Shown here in pieces: positions 33,900 to 40,287 of a stretch of DNA of 40,287 bases; within the stretch, counting starts at the first letter, position 1; each line of letters starts with the position of its first letter. The notes below the pieces were generated by a model. It saw only the letters and a program-made list of their open reading frames with translations, was not told the origin of the DNA and ran no database searches. This DNA comes from Cirrosporium novae-zelandiae. Its lineage: Eukaryota. The stretch spans positions 62,001 to 102,287 of the forward strand of contig JAPETS010000065.1 in NCBI GenBank assembly GCA_026023565.1. The letters run 5' to 3'. The position numbers and the translations under genes are program-made.

Positions 33900-36800
33900 A
33901 TCGATCAGAGTGTATTGAAGGCTTGACCCTGCTCTTCATTGTCCATGAATGGTTATGGTTATTTGGCTAATTGCATCTGAAAACCCGCAAAGATGTCTCG
34001 AGGATATAAGGACACATTCTCTTCCTGAAGTTCGCTTAGAATTCCGCCATATGCTATTCTCTAAATAGCGTTACTTTGCTACGGAGATTTACGGGCAGAC
34101 TTGCGAGGGGAAAAACATATAATATAGTCCGTAGGAGACTTCTGGATTCCCCGACTCATCGACCGTCCATCCGCAATGCGAGGACGACCTAACATGTCAG
34201 ATACGAAAATATCCCCTAGTGTCGATGAGTTAGCTTGCATGGTACCATTCAACGACTTAGCAAGGGAAGAAACACTCAATCTCAGGACCAAGGCATCTGT
34301 GATGGGATCGAGGAGGTGAATTGCAATTTTCTACAACATCGAGGTTAGCAAAGCTAGATTATCACTCCTCTCTTGGTTAGCATTGACCGACCTCTCCTTC
34401 ATGGGTTGTTCTAAGAATTTGTGTCTATTGTTATAAGCGCGATTTTATGAAACAAGGAATCGTTGAGCTGCCACTTAACAAAGTATTGAGCACCCATCAT
34501 GTTAATCACCTCATCACTTCAAGTATGTAGAGCATCTATCCAAGGTCAATAACATGACGTGGTTCTTCTACCCGTATTTTTGCTCATATGTTCTCACCTT
34601 GAACGTTTTTTCTCATTTCACAAAGTCCCCTGAAAGTCTGTTGCATGAATGGTATCTCGATGGCTCCCCGCAGGTGAAACCCGTCTCTACTTGCTCCTCA
34701 GCCCCTTTCCGCTACTTGAAATAATCCGATTAATTCAAAGTCTCCTAGGTAGGAGTCCGAGGTGCAGTAGTAGATGTGAAACTATACTGTATACACTCTC
34801 CTCTAAACTATGTTCTATATACCTGTTTGTTTTTCTGACTTGTCTTCCTTCTTTTTTTTCTCTTCTCCTAGGTCAGTTGTCTTTTTCAACGATTAGGACA
34901 ATACATTGCCTAACTTTTGAACTACTTTCGACGTATAGAAATGAAAAAGACCAGACCCAAAGATGGAACTAGAATAGTGACCTTAGGGGGAGGCTTTCTT
35001 CAGCTGAATTTGTTATTGAAAATTGAAGGCCTTCCCAAAGGCCTCCTTATCTTTGAGTCTATCTAGTCGCTTTTCATTTTTAATTACCTATTCAAAAGTA
35101 TTCCCGAAAAAATGAAATATAGGATACACAGAAAGATAGATAGCAGACAGACAAACAACTAGCAACTAGCTCCTCCGACTTCGATGATGAAAAAATGCAA
35201 GGATTTAGATAATCAAAACACACACACACAACACACACACACGCACCGTTGCCGAAAAACAAGGGTTCCTTCCCAAAGGCACAATTAACGACACTTACAA
35301 GAGATGATGATCGATAGATACCAATGGTTGTGGGTACTTGCTTGCTACTAAGTACATGTACATGTACATCGAACCACTCAAATTAAAAATTAAACGCTTA
35401 CTTGCTTACTTACAAAAGAACGCCCGATTTCAATTCAATTCAATTTAGAAACAGAACAAAAGACGAATCGAAGTCTCGAAGGAATTGCCACCAAAAACTC
35501 TCAAAAGGAAGGTTGTACATGTACAGCTAAGCAGCTAAGCCCTTAGGCTACCTGGTGGCAGTACCAAGAAGCGCCTTTACTGCATGTGTGCCACTCATTT
35601 ATTGCTTGCTTATAAGCATGGATTTAAATTTAAAAGAAGATTTTAATTTTATGTGGTGGTATGGATCTATATATATCTACTTCCTAGGAAGGATGACTTA
35701 CTTGTGAGGTGTGGTGTGGTGTGGCGGTGTTTGCAAAATTTGGGAATTTGTAATTACAAGACTCCGAGTCCTTAAAAGAACGAAAAAATGTGGCGCTGGT
35801 TCTTTCTATGTCTGTCTATATCTTATGGACACCAGGCCTAGTATCCCTTAATGTTATGGTTCCGCAGCGATATCTCCAAATAATAAAACCCCCCTCCCTC
35901 TCTTCCTCTATCATTATCGGACAATCAATCAAATCCAAATCCAAATCCAAATCTTTCATATGAGGGGCTAGCTAACAAGCTGGCTATGTTAAAACACTCC
36001 TATTCTTATCCCTATTCCTATAAATTATAAATAGAAGAAAAAAATTAAAGAAATACATAATAATATATATATAAGGTAGTTAGTTCGAGTTTGAGGATCG
36101 CGAGTTGGGATAATAGTGTACATGTACATAGAAAAAACGTATTAAGTATATATATATACTTGAAGGTTTAAGTAGTCCCAGGATATGGATATGGGACATA
36201 TGCGTGTGATGGTGGGGGTGGGATGGGGGGTGTTTAACAACCATCACATCCATAAAAAAAACCCCCCCATCAAATCTCTCCCCCCCTCCCCTCCATATCT
36301 CCTTATCTCCTCCCCTCCTTAACGTCCTCATGCATCTAATTATCTTTCTTTACTGATGAGTTTGTTTTCCAAGAAAAGAAAGGAAAGGAATCAACCTTCG
36401 TTCCTACCACATACACACACACACACACCCCTAGGTTATCCAATACATCAATTCATTATCTTATCTTCCACCAGTTCGGGAGGACAAAGACAGGGTAGGA
36501 CAGGACAGGACAGGACAGCAGCACCTCGAATCAAATTAATTACCTACCTAATTACCTTAACCACCTTAACTACCACTAGCTAGCTAGCTAGCTTATTCTC
36601 TCAACATAACCCGATAAACAATATCGTTAATTAGTGACAGTGACTGATAATTATCCCAAAACTTTCTCAAAGTCTTCCGAAGGGGAGGGAGGGAGGGAGG
36701 GAATCGGTTATTAGATTACGGTAATTAGATTATATAACCTGAAAGCCGATAAACTTCCCATCACATTGCTTTTAGCACACCCTTACAAAGTGCAAGTTTC

Positions 36801-37562
36801 AGGAATAATTAAGGACTAGTTTGTCTGTCCGCCTCGGAGGGGGGGTTGTGGCGTAAAGAAGCAATGATGGGATGTGATATAAGATAAGATGCGATGCGAT
36901 AGGATGACCAAAACCTATTCTAATTTAATGTAAATGATGGGACTCTGATACATGATTACGTACAGTAGTACATACGGCGGAGATGTACTGTACATGCATA
37001 TATCTATATCTAATTGTTCAACCTTCAAAGAAAGTGTAGAGGGAACTCATAGTCCCAACAGTCCGATTTTTTTTAAAAAAAAACCATAATTTCCAATTTT
37101 CTAAAAAGCCTCAATTAATTACTCATAAGTTCGTTATGTTTAATACCAATAATAACCCTCCCCCCCAAATCCCTAAAAAAAAGGACACTATGCTTTGGAA
37201 AATAAAATCATTCTAGTTTGAATTATGCTGTATATAAAAAAAAAAAAGATTTTCTCAAATACCCTCCAGATTGCAAATAGGTTGATTGTAAAATTTTTGG
37301 AAAAAGGGAAAAAGGAGAAAAAAAAAGAGAAGGGCATTTTTGATCTTCTTGCCTTTTTGTGATAAACTGGCTCGCCATGCCACGCCACGTCACGTAGCAA
37401 TTATAATAGGAGAGACTTGAAGAGAATGCTTAACCAGATTATGATGATGAATGAAATATACACCACCAATGAGTAACAAATTGAAGAAGTAATCCAGTAT
37501 TCCCCTTTCGTTCCTCCATCTATTAATCAACACCTATCCAATTTTTTACCAAATGATTAGTT

Positions 37563-40287
37563 TCAAGGTGGTCCCATGTGACTTCCTGGATTACCTCCCG
37601 GGCCTCCCCAAGCACCCCCCCCTGGGCTGTCTCCCGGATTTCCCCATGGACCCCCCCCTGGGCTACCCCAGTCGCCCCAGGGATTACCCCAGTCCCCTGG
37701 GGGCGTGACATCGCAATCAGTTTGGCCTACTGAGTCTGGATTTAGTAATGCACTGTATACCCCTTCATGTCCGGTACTGGCGTCGGGGTCTGGGACTGAG
37801 GACTTGAGGAAGCAGTTATGTTCCTCGAAGTTATCGTGGAAAGTAATTCCTTGGCATGGAATAGTCCAATCTTGGTTGGCATCAGTACAGACATCAAGGC
37901 AGGTATCAAAGTTTGGAACGTGAAAGGAGGTGAAATCGTAACCGGGGAATTCATGTCCATGGTGGATAGAGAATTCTTGGCAACCTGGCTTGGTGACGAC
38001 GGAACCATCTGGATATGGATAATTAGTGTTAACAGGGGGTTTTGGCGCCTTGCTGGAGGATTCCGGCGGTGACGGTATCTGGCTAGCAGAGGATGGCAAC
38101 TTTACCCAACTTGTTCGGAAAGATGGTCCAACCCAACTAGACTCAGAGGGTTCAATCCAAATAGTTTTTATAGATGGTCCAGCCCAATTAGATTCAGAAG
38201 GTTCAATCCGGATAGTAGTTGGTGGTGGTTCTACCCAACTAGATTCAGAGGGTTCAATCCAAATAGTTTTTATAGATGGTCCAGCCCAACTGAATTTAGA
38301 AGATTCAGTCCAGATAGTTTTTGTAGATGGTCCAACCCAACTAGGTTCATAGGATTCGGTCCAAATAGTTCTCGTAGATGGTCCAGCCCAACTAGACTGG
38401 GAGGGTTCAATCTGGGTAGTAGTTGGAAGTGGTTCTACCCAACTAGATTCAGAGGGTTCAATCCAAATAGTTTTTATAGATGGTCCAGCCCAACTAGATT
38501 CATAGGATTCGGTCCAAATAGTTCTCGTAGATGGTCCAGCCCAACTAGACTGGGAGGGTTCAATCTGGGTAGTAGTTGGAAGTGGTTCTACCCAACTAGA
38601 TTCATAGGATTCGGTCCAAATAGTTCTCGTAGATGGCCCGACCCAATTAGACTCAGAAGATTCAGTCCAGATAGTTTTTGTAGATGGTCCAACCCAATTA
38701 GACTCAGAAGATTCAATCTGGGTAGTAGTTGGAAGTAGTACTACCCAACTAGATTCAGAAGGCTCAGTCCAGATAGTTTTTGTAGATGGCCCAGCCCAGT
38801 TAGACTGGGATGGCTCAGTCCAAATAGTTCTCGTAGATAGCCCGACCCAATTAGATTGGGAGGACTCAGTCCAGATAGTTTTTGTAGATGGTCCAGCCCA
38901 ACTAGGTTCATAGGATTCGGTCCAAATAGTTCTCGTAGATGGCCCGACCCAATTAGATTGGGAGGACTCAGTCCAGATAGTTTTTGTAGATGGTCCAGCC
39001 CAACTAGGTTCATAGGATTCGGTCCAAATAGTTCTCGTAGATGGCCCGACCCAATTAGATTGGGAGGACTCAGTCCAAATAGTTTTTGTAGATGGCCCAA
39101 CCCAGTTAGACTGGGATGATTCAGTCCAAATGGTTTTTGTAGATGGTCCGACCCATGTTGAAAACGATGATATCCAGCTGGAAGAATATGGAGATTGCCA
39201 ACTTGAGAATGATTGTGCCCAACTAGAGGATGTTATACTAGAGCTTGACCATATATTTGAGGTTGATACTAAGTAGGTCGTCGTTGTAGTAGAATATATA
39301 GCGCTTGTTGGAGTTGTAATTGTGGTTGTGGCCGTAGTAGTTGAAGTTGGGCTTGCAGTAATGGTTACAGTTGTGATTATAGTGTTGATCGATGTAATTG
39401 CTGTTGTATATGCGCTCGTCCAGGTTGGGGAAATAGTTATAGAATTTGACGTGCTTGCAGTTGGGGTTGTAGTGATGGTTACGGTTGTGATTATCGTATT
39501 GAACGATGTAATTGCTGTTGTATATGTGCTCGGCAAGGTTGGAGTCTTGACTGTAGATGTGGCCGTAGTTGTGGCTGTAGTTATGGCTGTAGTTGCCGTT
39601 GTATACGTGCTTGTCAAAGTCGGGGAAATAGTTATAGACTTTGACGTGCTTGTAGTTGTATTTGCATATGTAGTTATAGTCGTCGTTACAGTATTGATTG
39701 ATGTAATCGCTGTTGTAGACGTGTTCGTAAAAGTCGGAGAGATAACTAAAGAACTTGACGTTCTTACAGTCGTGTTTGGAGTTGTAACTGTAGTTGCATT
39801 CGCAGTTGTGGTTACAGTCGTGGTTACAGTATTGATCGATGTAATCGCTGTTGTAGACGTGTTCGTAAAAGTCGGAGAGATAACTAAAGAACTTGACCTG
39901 TTGGTAGTCGTGTTTGTAGTTTTAGTTGTAGTTGAAATTGTGCTTGCAGTCGTGCTTGGAATTGTAGCTGTAGTTGAAATTGTACTTGCAGTCGTGCTTG
40001 GAGTTGTAGCTGTAGTTGGGCTTACAGTAATGGTTACAGTCGTGGTTGCAGTATTGATCGATGTAATCGCTGTTGTAGACGTGTTCGTGAAAGTCGGAGA
40101 AATAATTATAGAACTTGACCTGTTGGTAGTCGTGTTTGTAGTTTTAGTTGTAGTTGAAACTGTACTTGCAGTCGTGCTTGGAGTTGTAGCTGTAGTTGGG
40201 CTTACAGTAATGGTTACAGTCGTGGTTGCAGTATTGATCGATGTAATCGCTGTTGTAGACGTGTTCGTGAAAGTCGGAGAAATAATT
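37563..40287 (-). CDS. 5'-truncated mucin/adhesin-like Ser/Thr-rich tandem-repeat protein with a C-terminal PAN/Apple-like domain and Gly/Pro/Trp tail
   Basis: The window-edge sequence (IISPTFTNTSTTAITSINT..) is in the same frame as the tracked ORF, which stops at 37563, so the ORF-track start at 39617 is not the true start. PAN/Apple-like Cys pattern: CQEF..GYDF..FDTCLDVC..CQGITF..CFLKS. Confidence 0.8.
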   Translation of the reverse strand, partial: IISPTFTNTSTTAITSINTATTTVTITVSPTTATTPSTTASTVSTTTKTTNTTTNRSSSIIISPTFTNTSTTAITSINTATTTVTITVSPTTATTPSTTASTISTTATIPSTTASTISTTTKTTNTTTNRSSSLVISPTFTNTSTTAITSINTVTTTVTTTANATTVTTPNTTVRTSSSLVISPTFTNTSTTAITSINTVTTTITTYANTTTSTSKSITISPTLTSTYTTATTAITTATTTATSTVKTPTLPSTYTTAITSFNTIITTVTITTTPTASTSNSITISPTWTSAYTTAITSINTIITTVTITASPTSTTTATTTITTPTSAIYSTTTTTYLVSTSNIWSSSSITSSSWAQSFSSWQSPYSSSWISSFSTWVGPSTKTIWTESSQSNWVGPSTKTIWTESSQSNWVGPSTRTIWTESYEPSWAGPSTKTIWTESSQSNWVGPSTRTIWTESYEPSWAGPSTKTIWTESSQSNWVGLSTRTIWTEPSQSNWAGPSTKTIWTEPSESSWVVLLPTTTQIESSESNWVGPSTKTIWTESSESNWVGPSTRTIWTESYESSWVEPLPTTTQIEPSQSSWAGPSTRTIWTESYESSWAGPSIKTIWIEPSESSWVEPLPTTTQIEPSQSSWAGPSTRTIWTESYEPSWVGPSTKTIWTESSKFSWAGPSIKTIWIEPSESSWVEPPPTTIRIEPSESNWAGPSIKTIWIEPSESSWVGPSFRTSWVKLPSSASQIPSPPESSSKAPKPPVNTNYPYPDGSVVTKPGCQEFSIHHGHEFPGYDFTSFHVPNFDTCLDVCTDANQDWTIPCQGITFHDNFEEHNCFLKSSVPDPDASTGHEGVYSALLNPDSVGQTDCDVTPPGDWGNPWGDWGSPGGGPWGNPGDSPGGGAWGGPGGNPGSHMGPP
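38085..39155 (-). repeat. Coding tandem repeat: ~21 copies of a 51-bp (17-aa) unit
   Basis: Units W[VA]GPST[KR]TIWTESSQSN and the variant WVEPLPTTTQIEPSQSS. The first Trp codon is at 39155 and the 21st at 38135, exactly 20 x 51 bp apart. Confidence 0.93.
39340..40287 (-). repeat. Coding Thr-rich long-period repeats (core ISPTFTNTSTTAITSINT..TVTIT), period up to ~180-220 bp
   Basis: The block GTATTGAT[C/T]GATGTAATCGCTGTTGTAGACGTGTTCGT recurs at about 39691, 39828, 40051 and 40231, with more degenerate copies toward 39380-39630. Confidence 0.88.

Noticed and set aside
35100..37500. AT-rich spacer with (CA)n, (GTACAT)n, (TAGC)n and (GACAG)n runs
   Set aside because: Ordinary simple-sequence repeats like those in other spacers of this window; no higher-order structure or RNA gene recognised.
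38085..39155. Regular repeat array superficially resembling a CRISPR array
   Set aside because: Eukaryotic context, no unique spacers, unit length is a multiple of 3 and the array lies in an open reading frame.

Overview
Eukaryotic DNA from a filamentous ascomycete (Pezizomycotina-like genes with short GT-AG introns and RCTRAY branch points). I reconstructed 11 protein-coding genes by hand, 10 of them spliced. In order: ATG13; a fungal N-terminal-helical/ubiquitin-like/C2H2 zinc-finger gene with an internal frameshift; a REC114-like meiotic gene head-to-head with RSC9; a CUE/Smr nuclease (CUE2-like); a catalase divergently paired with a formate-oxidase-type GMC oxidoreductase; ECM31/panB; UBC8; an F-box/RPEL-like gene; and the 3' part of a very long Ser/Thr/Trp tandem-repeat protein with a PAN/Apple domain. 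A small inverted-repeat transposon relic (~10.4-11.1 kb) and microsatellite-rich spacers are also present. Main points of interest: UBC8 appears to need a 1-nt exon (plus 3-nt and 8-nt exons), the catalase and formate oxidase form a head-to-head module with clustered CGGRRAT motifs between them, and a -1 frameshift lies next to an A-AAA-AAC heptamer. Family assignments come from recognising motifs from memory; no database searches were run.
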